Virus record (IMG/VR): IMGVR_UViG_3300010389_000029
Location: 1-47,383 of that record
DNA length: 47,383 nt
Strand: one strand, 5' to 3'
From: a virus
Shown here: positions 31,954 to 39,680 of the stretch, piece after piece
Layout: every line of letters begins with the position of its first letter
Position numbering within the stretch: the stretch's first letter is position 1
Program-made: the position numbers and the translations under genes
Notes under the pieces: model-generated
Seen by the model: the letters and a program-made list of their open reading frames with translations, nothing else
Told to the model about the DNA's origin: nothing
The model's database searches: none

Positions 31954-32226
31954 TTACCATTTGACTTTGTCCGCCCAATAGGCAGCACTCATTTTTCCCT
32001 TTGAGATATTCTTCGCGTGACGCGCCTTGAAAGACTTTCGTCTGGCTTTTTCGCTGGCAGTCTTTGGCGACTTCCCAGCTCCCGACACACCCTGCTGACC
32101 GAAGCGAATGAGTTTGACTTGCTCACCCGACTTAGCCAGCACAGCGTGTGACTTGGTCGGGTGAGATGGAGTTCGTTTGGGCTTGTTATAACCCTGAAAC
32201 TTTTCGCCGGATCGCTCGACAGTCAT
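31954..32226 (-). CDS. Conserved small basic phage protein (resembles the DUF5872-type family)
   Basis: GYNKPKRTPSHPTKSHAVLAK...KLIRFGQQGV...KSFKARHAKNISKGKMSAAYWADKVKW. Confidence 0.55.
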   Translation of the reverse strand: MTVERSGEKFQGYNKPKRTPSHPTKSHAVLAKSGEQVKLIRFGQQGVSGAGKSPKTASEKARRKSFKARHAKNISKGKMSAAYWADKVKW

Positions 32227-32229
32227 ATG

Positions 32230-32568
32230 CTATTCGGCAGGTGCAGGCTCATCGGCAGGTGCTGGCTCATCCGCAGGTGCTGGCTCATCCGCAGGCACAA
32301 CAGCAGCGTCAAAGCCAGCCAGAATGTCATCGACCGAATCCATTGTGATTTGGTTGGCAGCATTGTATGCAGCCACCGCACTGGATACCTGCATAAGCAT
32401 GACTTCCGTATTGGCACGGTTAACTGGTTCACTCAATTCCTCCCGAGCTGCCAGCAGAGACTTAGCTTTGCCGAGCAGTTGAAGGATGGTGGATTTGCCG
32501 TTGTCGGCTGCAAGCTGTGCGTCAATGCCAGCTATCTGGCTTCGTAGATAATTGATTTTTGGGTCCAT
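32230..32568 (-). CDS. Hypothetical virion-module protein with a C-terminal (ADEPAP)3 repeat
   Basis: Track ORF. The C-terminus is encoded by the tandem repeat at 32234..32296. Confidence 0.55.
   Translation of the reverse strand: MDPKINYLRSQIAGIDAQLAADNGKSTILQLLGKAKSLLAAREELSEPVNRANTEVMLMQVSSAVAAYNAANQITMDSVDDILAGFDAAVVPADEPAPADEPAPADEPAPAE
32234..32296. repeat. Tandem 18-bp repeat, 3.5 copies (tcggcaggtgc[a/t]ggctca)
   Basis: Read directly. About 12 of 18 positions match the 18-bp unit at the window ends. Confidence 0.9.
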
Positions 32569-32574
32569 AATTGT

Positions 32575-34440
32575 TTATTGAATTTGATACCAACCACCCA
32601 AACGGATGCTTGTGGTGTTTGTGAAATTCGTGTCATCTAAAACAGCAACGCCAGCAGCTCCCCAATCCTGAAGTCTTACATCCGTGGATGAATCAGTTGT
32701 CCGGCCTTCAATACCTGAAGTGAGTCCTGCCATGTTGGCTGCGTAAACGGCTCGAATACTGCCGTTTTGGTTTGATACACTACCTGCGGTAAACGGCAGG
32801 CCTGTGATAACAGCAGTACCCGTATCACTTCCTTTCGAGGTGAGTGTCAAGTTGCAACTAATGTGGCAGAGGTTGCCTATGCGTGTGTAAAAGCCAGAGG
32901 CGATTGACGTTGCCACCCCCGTGCTACCTCCTCCGAAGCTCACCGAAGGACTCCACGTTCCGGTTTCATACACTGGTTGTTCACGCCCAGTAAGGCTGAC
33001 ACTGGTTCCGGTCCCGACAAAGGCATTGTCGCTCAGGTCATACAGTTTGCTAGTGCTGGAATCAAACCGCTCAGCACGGAAGTCGGCGAGTGTGCCCAGC
33101 TGGGTTACTTTCAAGTTTCGCAAATACAAAACATCGTCGCCTCCAGAATCTTGGAACGTTTTGACTCCTCCATCCATTGGATAAATCAGAAGCGAGGCAT
33201 TTGACGCGACAGCCTCTGAATCCACTCTAACCCACGAATCCAAAGTGGGCGTATCGCTCACAACAAAAAGGTCATCATCACCTAAAACACCAATCCGAAA
33301 TCCGTCCACATTGCTCTGACCCGATGGGATATACACATCTGCCGTTAGCCTGTATCGTTTTCCAGCGGTCATGCCAACGTTTTTGAGTATGCTATGAGTG
33401 CTGTTGGTTGTGTCGGTTATTGTTACTCTTAGGTTATCGTCTTCACCACCAATGGCATCAATATTCCCGGCGCTAGTCACACGGGTGTCAGACCATCCAT
33501 CAACGCCAGCGGAAAAGTCACTGGTGTAAACTGCCCCATGCGCCCCACCAAATTCATCGGCAAATCCCAAATCATTTCCGCGAGCAAGCTCGGCCACTTC
33601 AGAAGCCGTGAGAGAACGATTGAAAATTTTGCAGCCTCGGATGTGACCTTTTGAATAGGTGGTGGACTGGAGACCAAATCGCACAGGCTGCGAGGTATTG
33701 GACATGCCGAGGTAGGTGCCAGAATACACCCCCGCATCAAGACTGAGTGGCTGTCCGTTTAGATACAAAACCACACCGTCCATTGACGATGAAAATGAGT
33801 TTGACGAATTCGGCCCCGCACCCTGATAAACCCACGCCAGATGTATCCAACTGCCTTGATAGGATGTTAGCGTGGCGGTAGACTCTCGGTAGGCGTAATT
33901 CCCCGCAGTATCTTGAACGTACAAGCGCAATTTATCAGTTGCCGCGACTGACACAACCCACTCTCTCAAAGAAGCGGTTGTCCCTATTTTTGAGATGGGC
34001 GTAAAATTGGTGGCGTCCTCCATGTTTACCCAAGCACTAACAGAAAAAGGCAAATCATCAGTGCCATCCGTAAACGACAATTTGTCATCATCAGCCACCT
34101 GCACATAATCATTGCTACCGTCGAAATACAAAGCAGGTGCCGTGACCTTCAATGCATTCGCCTGTGCGTCCTCGTCGGTGGAGTTGACTTCCAAATTTGT
34201 TCGCGCACCATCTGCTGTAGTGGATCCGGTTCCACCTTTGGCTACCTCAACAGCACCACCACTAAGAGGGGCCAAGTTATAGGTTCCCGGTGCTGCCACG
34301 AAAGCGTCGGCGGTGTCCTGTCGGAAATTGTCGCGGGTGATTTTCTCAGTGCCATTGCTGGTGCCGTCAATTGCCAAGTAGGAATCGGAAGCTACCGAAG
34401 TTGCCGTATTCGTGAGATCTTTAATGCGTTTAGTTGCCAT
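32575..34440 (-). CDS. Tail fibre/spike protein with a concanavalin/LamG-like lectin domain
   Basis: LRLYVQDTAGNYAYRESTATLTSYQGSWIHLAWVY...VLYLNGQPL is LamG-like. 621 aa. Confidence 0.65.
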   Translation of the reverse strand: MATKRIKDLTNTATSVASDSYLAIDGTSNGTEKITRDNFRQDTADAFVAAPGTYNLAPLSGGAVEVAKGGTGSTTADGARTNLEVNSTDEDAQANALKVTAPALYFDGSNDYVQVADDDKLSFTDGTDDLPFSVSAWVNMEDATNFTPISKIGTTASLREWVVSVAATDKLRLYVQDTAGNYAYRESTATLTSYQGSWIHLAWVYQGAGPNSSNSFSSSMDGVVLYLNGQPLSLDAGVYSGTYLGMSNTSQPVRFGLQSTTYSKGHIRGCKIFNRSLTASEVAELARGNDLGFADEFGGAHGAVYTSDFSAGVDGWSDTRVTSAGNIDAIGGEDDNLRVTITDTTNSTHSILKNVGMTAGKRYRLTADVYIPSGQSNVDGFRIGVLGDDDLFVVSDTPTLDSWVRVDSEAVASNASLLIYPMDGGVKTFQDSGGDDVLYLRNLKVTQLGTLADFRAERFDSSTSKLYDLSDNAFVGTGTSVSLTGREQPVYETGTWSPSVSFGGGSTGVATSIASGFYTRIGNLCHISCNLTLTSKGSDTGTAVITGLPFTAGSVSNQNGSIRAVYAANMAGLTSGIEGRTTDSSTDVRLQDWGAAGVAVLDDTNFTNTTSIRLGGWYQIQ

Positions 34441-34499
34441 ATCAGTGTGCTGGGATTAAAAAGATTCCCTGTAAAATTCCCTAAGTCGCCAAGCTATTC

Positions 34500-34655
34500 T
34501 TAGGAAGTGGTATCTAAAAAAATTATTTCGTTGCCTAAGTCATCAATGATTTGGTTAGCCAGCTCATCCACCCAGTCTACTTCACCTGGTGTGGGTTCTG
34601 GCCCTCCAAATCTGGCGGTCTTACTTGCCAGTGATAATTTAAGGGATAGTTCCAT
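34500..34655 (-). CDS. Possible small structural-module protein (51 aa)
   Basis: MELSLKLSLASKTARFGGPEPTPGEVDWVDELANQIIDDLGNEIIFLDTTS. TAATG overlap with the upstream gene. Confidence 0.45.
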   Translation of the reverse strand: MELSLKLSLASKTARFGGPEPTPGEVDWVDELANQIIDDLGNEIIFLDTTS

Positions 34656-34972
34656 TAACTGGTGGATTTGTAAGCCAAAATAGACCCGCTGGTCAATTGG
34701 ATGGAGGTGATATGTCCCATCATCAGAAACCCGGCAGGTATCGTGATGCTAGTGGCACTAATATTTTCCCCAGTTACAGATGCAATGACTGTTTCCTCAC
34801 AGGCTTGTATAGCACAGAATGTCCCTGCGTGAGCAGATGTATCTGAATAAAAATTAAAACCGTGCTTGCCCATGGACTGCTCCTGGTTCATCGCCATCTT
34901 TTTGGTGGTAATGAGTTCAGGATCTTCCCTTGTTACTAGGTTATCTCCGAATATATTGCTGGGGATTGACAT
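34655..34972 (-). CDS. Small head-associated protein (decoration or connector candidate)
   Basis: 105-aa ORF immediately after the capsid gene terminator. Confidence 0.5.
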   Translation of the reverse strand: MSIPSNIFGDNLVTREDPELITTKKMAMNQEQSMGKHGFNFYSDTSAHAGTFCAIQACEETVIASVTGENISATSITIPAGFLMMGHITSIQLTSGSILAYKSTS

Positions 34973-35008
34973 AAAGATAAAGAGGGTGGGGACTCAAAGC
35001 CCCCACCC
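34973..35008 (-). terminator. Intrinsic terminator after the capsid gene (GGGUGGGG, 9-nt loop, CCCCACCC, then UCUUUAUCUUUAU)
   Basis: Read directly. Confidence 0.65.
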
Positions 35009-35016
35009 GTTAGTTG

Positions 35017-36225
35017 TTATGAGCAGGTAACAGTTGTCAGAGTATTCAACTGACAACGTTTGTAGAGGATCATCAGACCAGCAGAACGATTCGCACCAGG
35101 TTTGGCCGCTCCAGCCATCTCTGCAATGTGCCGTCCGTTCTTGTGGAATGGGTCGTATCCAGAACCATCAGAAGCACAAGCTTCAGGTCCGGTGATAAAC
35201 TTCCAGTCACCCATGTAACTCTGAGGTTCCCATCGTGTGCTTCCAACTTGATTGTCGGGGCGCACCCAATCCCAAGACATAACATCAGGACTCATCACAA
35301 AGGCTGCTTCATAAGGAGCAGTGGATGGATCGAGGTAGTTTGGATTGATGTCTTGGTAGACTCCCTTGGTTCCGCTGACGTTGGAGAAGGTGTTCACACG
35401 GGTGTAAGCACCAGCTGCGTAGCTGAAACGAGGAGGCAATGGGTTGATTACGTGACGGAATCCCTTGATGGCAGTGTCGGCTCCGAGACGTCGGAACAGT
35501 TCACTGTTCATGGATCCCTGACGCAAGTCGTCACGGAAATCAGCGTTATTGAGGATGATAGCCTGACTGGCTTCCATACCCAGATACAGTGTGAACAACG
35601 GACCACCATTGGCCAAGCTCACGAATCCATTGGAGTCGGGGTTGGTGGCGCGTTTGTGGATCAGGTGGATGTAAGCCTTGTCCAAGGCTTCCTGAGTCAG
35701 GTCACTGGTGGCTTGAGCCAAAGTCAGAGACGCTCCCGCTGCACTGATAGGGAAGGCCGAGGTCATAACTGCTTTCGGAACCTTGGTGTAGTATTCCTTC
35801 ATCAGTTTGTTGTCATACTCGGTCTGAACCAGCTTCGTCAGCTCTTCCACATAACCGTTGAGGAACTGAGGTGCAAGATGATCAAAGTTCAGATCATCCT
35901 TACACAGCAGGGGACCACGCATTTGAAAATGAGTCGGTGAATACGACAACTCTTCAAAGCCTACAGTGTAGTCTTGGAAGTTATAACCACAGGCACCGGT
36001 ATTGGAACCGTTGGCCAAAGTGTAGCTGTCCCAAGCCCGCTCGTCCGCAGTAGGATAAGCGTTGCCCATTTCAAACACGGTTTTGGTCAGACCAACGTGT
36101 TTCGGAAATTCCCCTTTAGGGATGAGGTTGCCCCAGATGGAGCTAAAAGATGCACGACGGTAGATCTCTTCACCGAGATGCTCACTCGCCACTTTAAATG
36201 CGTCGTAAATATTGCCGCATGCCAT
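35017..36225 (-). CDS. Major capsid protein
   Basis: 402-aa ORF directly after the scaffold-like gene. It has its own promoter-like site and is bracketed by terminators. Assigned by size and position. Confidence 0.65.
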   Translation of the reverse strand: MACGNIYDAFKVASEHLGEEIYRRASFSSIWGNLIPKGEFPKHVGLTKTVFEMGNAYPTADERAWDSYTLANGSNTGACGYNFQDYTVGFEELSYSPTHFQMRGPLLCKDDLNFDHLAPQFLNGYVEELTKLVQTEYDNKLMKEYYTKVPKAVMTSAFPISAAGASLTLAQATSDLTQEALDKAYIHLIHKRATNPDSNGFVSLANGGPLFTLYLGMEASQAIILNNADFRDDLRQGSMNSELFRRLGADTAIKGFRHVINPLPPRFSYAAGAYTRVNTFSNVSGTKGVYQDINPNYLDPSTAPYEAAFVMSPDVMSWDWVRPDNQVGSTRWEPQSYMGDWKFITGPEACASDGSGYDPFHKNGRHIAEMAGAAKPGANRSAGLMILYKRCQLNTLTTVTCS

Positions 36226-36358
36226 AATAATATCCTTCGTTTTAAGGAGTTATACAATTGTTTTGCCGCCATGTGAAACATGGAAGCCCTCGAATTGCTG
36301 GCGGCGACCCTAGCATTTACGCCTATCAGGGAGACGAAACCCTAATACGTCTGACGAA

Positions 36359-36394
36359 AAACTACCGTAGGTGTCTCTACATAGTCAACAAAAA
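36359..36394 (-). promoter_or_regulatory. Promoter TTTTTGTTGACT -18 nt- TAGTTT, followed by a ~125-nt structured leader for the capsid gene
   Basis: Plus-strand agtcaa at 36383..36388 and aaacta at 36359..36364. The leader contains GCCGCC...GGCGGC and AGGG...CCCT stems. Confidence 0.45.
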
Positions 36395-36416
36395 AACCCC
36401 TACCCGAAGGTAGGGG
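36390..36416 (-). terminator. Intrinsic terminator after the scaffold gene (CCCCUACC-uucg-GGUAGGGG, then U7)
   Basis: Perfect 8-bp GC-rich stem, tetraloop and T7 run on the minus strand. Confidence 0.8.
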
Positions 36417-36428
36417 CTTGGATGCCTG

Positions 36429-37514
36429 TTACTGGAAGTTTGCCAAGACAGTATTGGCAAAATACCCAGGCTCTACCCTTTGGGATCCTCCACCCTCGTT
36501 GGAGGCAAACGAGCCACCTGGTTCTGCACTCTCGTAGGCTGCGAGTTTCTCTTTCAGAGACTGTCGCTCTGCCTCGGACTTGGCCAAGGCTTCAAGCGTC
36601 AGCTTCTGAGTTGTTATGGCAGTTTTTCCAACTGCCCCATAGAACGCATGCTTGACTGCATCGGACTCATCAAACGGTTCAAACAACTGCTGCTTGACGT
36701 ATGCCAAACGCTCGGAGACCTGCTTGTTGTGGGTATCGTCACCGTCTTTGAGAGCAAACAACTCAGGCATTTCCTCTTGGGCAGCTTGTAGTCCCAAGTG
36801 GTAAAGTTGCTCCGTCTGCTTGCGCTCGGTTTGTTTGCGGACCTCGACTTCTTGCTGCTTGGATTGCTTCCACTCATCCAGCCGTCCCTCGGCCATGGTT
36901 GTAATCTCATCTACCTGCTGTTGGGCAGAATCAACCTTATCGACCAACTGCCACACACGGGATGCAACAGACGGAGATGCGTCCTCAAGCAATTCTTGAA
37001 GAGCCTTGTCCCTTGCCTCCGGGTTCATGCCAAGGATCCGGTCGAAACCAGTCTGTTCTGGAAGAAGCCTCCGGATGCTCTTGACCGCATTGTCAATTGT
37101 GGCCTTTACATTATCCCGTGCTCTCTTGACTTCAGGACTACGAAGAATATCCAGCTCGGCCAGTTGATTGACCAATTCCTCCCGCTCGACTTTGAGGCGA
37201 TCAAACTCCTCAACGTCGAATGACTGCTTCGCAGCTGCAAGATCAGCCTTTAGCTGATCCAACTGAGATACTAGATCGGTGCGTGTAGCCTCCGATTCTT
37301 TGTAGCGTTTCTCGATGTCCTTTTTGGATTCCCGAAGAGCTTTCCAATTGGTCTTTTGCTCATCGCTAAAGCCCTTCAGATCGTCTTCTGCCGTAGGTTC
37401 CGATTCCTGCTCTACAGGTTTGGGTTCCTGTTTTACCGGCTCCTTTGCAGGAGCATCGGTGGTCATGCTCTCCATGACGGATTTCGTAAACGAATTTTGT
37501 TCCTCGTCACTCAT
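36429..37514 (-). CDS. Scaffolding protein
   Basis: 361 aa, very acidic, coiled-coil rich, located upstream of the capsid gene. AGGTGA Shine-Dalgarno. Confidence 0.65.
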   Translation of the reverse strand: MSDEEQNSFTKSVMESMTTDAPAKEPVKQEPKPVEQESEPTAEDDLKGFSDEQKTNWKALRESKKDIEKRYKESEATRTDLVSQLDQLKADLAAAKQSFDVEEFDRLKVEREELVNQLAELDILRSPEVKRARDNVKATIDNAVKSIRRLLPEQTGFDRILGMNPEARDKALQELLEDASPSVASRVWQLVDKVDSAQQQVDEITTMAEGRLDEWKQSKQQEVEVRKQTERKQTEQLYHLGLQAAQEEMPELFALKDGDDTHNKQVSERLAYVKQQLFEPFDESDAVKHAFYGAVGKTAITTQKLTLEALAKSEAERQSLKEKLAAYESAEPGGSFASNEGGGSQRVEPGYFANTVLANFQ

Positions 37515-37588
37515 TTATCTCACCTTTCTTCAAACGTCGCTTCTACATCTACGGCATCCTCTGCCAAGAATTGAAGCGACAACAGTTT

Positions 37589-37602
37589 ATGCAAACAAAT
37601 AT
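37589..37602 (-). promoter_or_regulatory. Copy of the promoter motif (ATATTTGTTTGCAT) upstream of the scaffold gene
   Basis: Read directly. No good -10 identified. Confidence 0.3.
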
Positions 37603-37613
37603 AATACCCGTCC

Positions 37614-39032
37614 TCAAGACTTGCTAGTCTTAGTTGCTCGCTTTCGCTTGCGTTTAGCGGGAGCTGGATAAGCTGCTTTGGTGTTTCTTTTCTCAGCAGC
37701 TCCAGGATAGCCGTCATCGGCATGGTCTGGAATAATTGTTTTGTCGCCAACGTCAGCTCCGGTGATTGTCTCCAATCGGGCGACGGGACGTAGTCGATTT
37801 GTTGCTTCGGCTGAAGCTCTATCTTTTTTGTCTTTCTCTTCAGGTTTAACATAAACTTTCATTAACGCCAACAGGTCTTCGTGGGGTATCTTAATCCAGC
37901 CACTCTGGAAGTCATTAACACCGAACACAACTGTGTGCTCTTGATTGATCTCATCATACAAACTCCCTCCTGGAAATATGACCAACGGGAACTCAAGAAC
38001 TCTGTGGTTGTTCTTCGACCCCGTCAGGATTGGTATCGTCGTGGATCTGGTTATCCGAAACGGAGGTTTGGCCTCAAAGGCATAAGCCCCCATGTAATAT
38101 CTGTTTCGACTTCTCCACCAAGGAAGCGAGCTGTGGTAAAAGGCAAAATATTCATCCCCCACACGGACAGGATTACTTCCACCTCTTCGACGACCATAGA
38201 CCCAGAGATCTTTAGGTAGATCCGTTACATATTCCTCCTGCGGACTGGCCGCAGAGTCACATCGAACTACGGTGTGAGGTTCTATGTTATAGATCATGTG
38301 CAGTTCCCCTTCGTGCATGAACCAAGTCCAGTTCTTCTCGTCACCCGTGTTGGACATGATGTCAATGCCATTGCCTCCATACTTAGGGTGATTGATCCCC
38401 AGTATCCTCCAGTTTTTATCCATGACAACCATGGCAAGATGTGCCTTGGTTAATCCTTGAATAAAGTTGGTGCATGTCAGGACCAGCTTGTTGCCTGTAT
38501 CTAAGATACGTGGATCCTCCCATTGCTCGCGCTTTGACTTGCCAAGAGGAAAATTAAGAGGCTTGACAGATCCCGGAACAACTTCTGTGTCATTTAGTAG
38601 GTATCTATCCAAAGTACTAAACGAATCATACGGAGGCTTCTTGTGATGGTTGATCTGGCAGTTCCTTACAATCAACCACCTTTGCCCTTCGAACTCGGTT
38701 ATCGTTGGATTAAACAGAAGTCTGTTATCCTTGCCGTAGGGTAGGTCAAATAGACCACACCGGAAATTTGTCTGCTCTTGGAACGGCGGTATATCGCGGT
38801 TGAAATGCTCCATGATCTGGTCGATACTCTCGTTATTTCTCGACATGACTTCCCTGAAGTATGTGACCGTGTCTTGGGCTGAGTTAGACAGATTGTTTAG
38901 CTCATCGATCTTTGTGTTCAAGTCTTCCTGAAAGGTTTTCAGTTTGCTTTCAAGATCGAAGTATTGCTGGGCAGTTGGACTTAGCATGGACTTTATTTTT
39001 TGGACTATCCTAGTTTTCGATAAACCCCACAT
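37614..39032 (-). CDS. GH130/DUF377-like beta-propeller glycan phosphorylase/transferase-like protein with an N-terminal coiled coil and a basic tail
   Basis: WEDPRILD, EKNWTWF and VIFPGGSLYDE...VVFGVNDFQSGWIKI resemble GH130-type motifs. The start could instead be the ATG at 38987. Confidence 0.45.
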   Translation of the reverse strand: MWGLSKTRIVQKIKSMLSPTAQQYFDLESKLKTFQEDLNTKIDELNNLSNSAQDTVTYFREVMSRNNESIDQIMEHFNRDIPPFQEQTNFRCGLFDLPYGKDNRLLFNPTITEFEGQRWLIVRNCQINHHKKPPYDSFSTLDRYLLNDTEVVPGSVKPLNFPLGKSKREQWEDPRILDTGNKLVLTCTNFIQGLTKAHLAMVVMDKNWRILGINHPKYGGNGIDIMSNTGDEKNWTWFMHEGELHMIYNIEPHTVVRCDSAASPQEEYVTDLPKDLWVYGRRRGGSNPVRVGDEYFAFYHSSLPWWRSRNRYYMGAYAFEAKPPFRITRSTTIPILTGSKNNHRVLEFPLVIFPGGSLYDEINQEHTVVFGVNDFQSGWIKIPHEDLLALMKVYVKPEEKDKKDRASAEATNRLRPVARLETITGADVGDKTIIPDHADDGYPGAAEKRNTKAAYPAPAKRKRKRATKTSKS

Positions 39033-39616
39033 ACGTTTGTAGTTTTGATCTCATCTATTTTTATGCATTTAAGTTCCAGAAGTCGCTGGGCGGTTTTAGT
39101 AGATACCCAGTCCTCGTCATCAAAATAAATAATCCCCTTCGCAACAACACGGTCCACCCACATAGTGACATCCCTAGTAGAGTCCCACTGACTGTGGTTT
39201 CCGTCGATGTGCAAAATGTCTACGTTACCGTCAATCTCATAGAATGACTGGACCGTGGACATCTTCATCAGTTTGACGTAGGTGGATATTTCCAATGACT
39301 CGCATGTAGAGACGCATTCATGTCGTATGGCATCGTAATCCACAGATTTCCACCATTGAGCGTTGTCGCCATCATTATTTGCTGTGGCGGCTATGGCACT
39401 CCAAGTATCCACCCCGTAAACCACGCTTTTTGGATTACCTAATTTGGCCAAAGCAAGGCCGAAGGCTATCAGACTTCTACCAGCAAAAACCCCAAGCTCA
39501 ACGCATCTGGTAGCCCTTTGCTTAACGACTGAATCAAATATATGGTTGGCCTTTGCAGGATCACACCATCCGTTCATTTTAGGGACGGCCTCAAGTAGTT
39601 TTGTCTTATAATCCAT
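39005..39616 (-). CDS. Class I SAM-dependent methyltransferase (TylF/CmcI-like sugar O-methyltransferase type)
   Basis: CVELGVFAGRSL SAM-binding loop and ILHIDGNHSQWDST motif. The start MDYKTKLL at 39616 directly abuts the terminator U-tract. Confidence 0.65.
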   Translation of the reverse strand: MDYKTKLLEAVPKMNGWCDPAKANHIFDSVVKQRATRCVELGVFAGRSLIAFGLALAKLGNPKSVVYGVDTWSAIAATANNDGDNAQWWKSVDYDAIRHECVSTCESLEISTYVKLMKMSTVQSFYEIDGNVDILHIDGNHSQWDSTRDVTMWVDRVVAKGIIYFDDEDWVSTKTAQRLLELKCIKIDEIKTTNVCGVYRKLG

Positions 39617-39646
39617 AAAAAAGAGGAGGCATACCAATGCCTCCTC
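39617..39646 (-). terminator. Intrinsic terminator after the portal gene (GAGGAGGCA-uuggua-UGCCUCCUC, then U6)
   Basis: Perfect 9-bp stem. The U-tract ends at the methyltransferase ATG. Confidence 0.8.
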
Positions 39647-39670
39647 CACTCAGCGTATTGAGTTATGTAT

Positions 39671-39680
39671 TGTCAAACAT
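39671..39680 (-). promoter_or_regulatory. Copy of the TGTTTGACAA motif between the portal stop and the terminator
   Basis: Read directly. No convincing -10, so its function is unclear. Confidence 0.3.

Noticed and set aside
37520-37852. 110-aa ORF overlapping the 3' end of the GH130-like gene; considered as a +1 frameshift product or an overprinted gene
   Set aside because: No in-frame ATG lies downstream of the 472-aa stop, and I saw no convincing slippery site. The non-overlapped part (37515..37613) contains a copy of the ATTTGTTTG promoter motif and the scaffold Shine-Dalgarno, so it is more simply intergenic.
39617-39649. Upstream start (MEEALVCLLFFMDYK) for the methyltransferase ORF
   Set aside because: Those codons are simply the translation of the terminator hairpin and U-tract. 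MDYK at 39616 is the plausible start.
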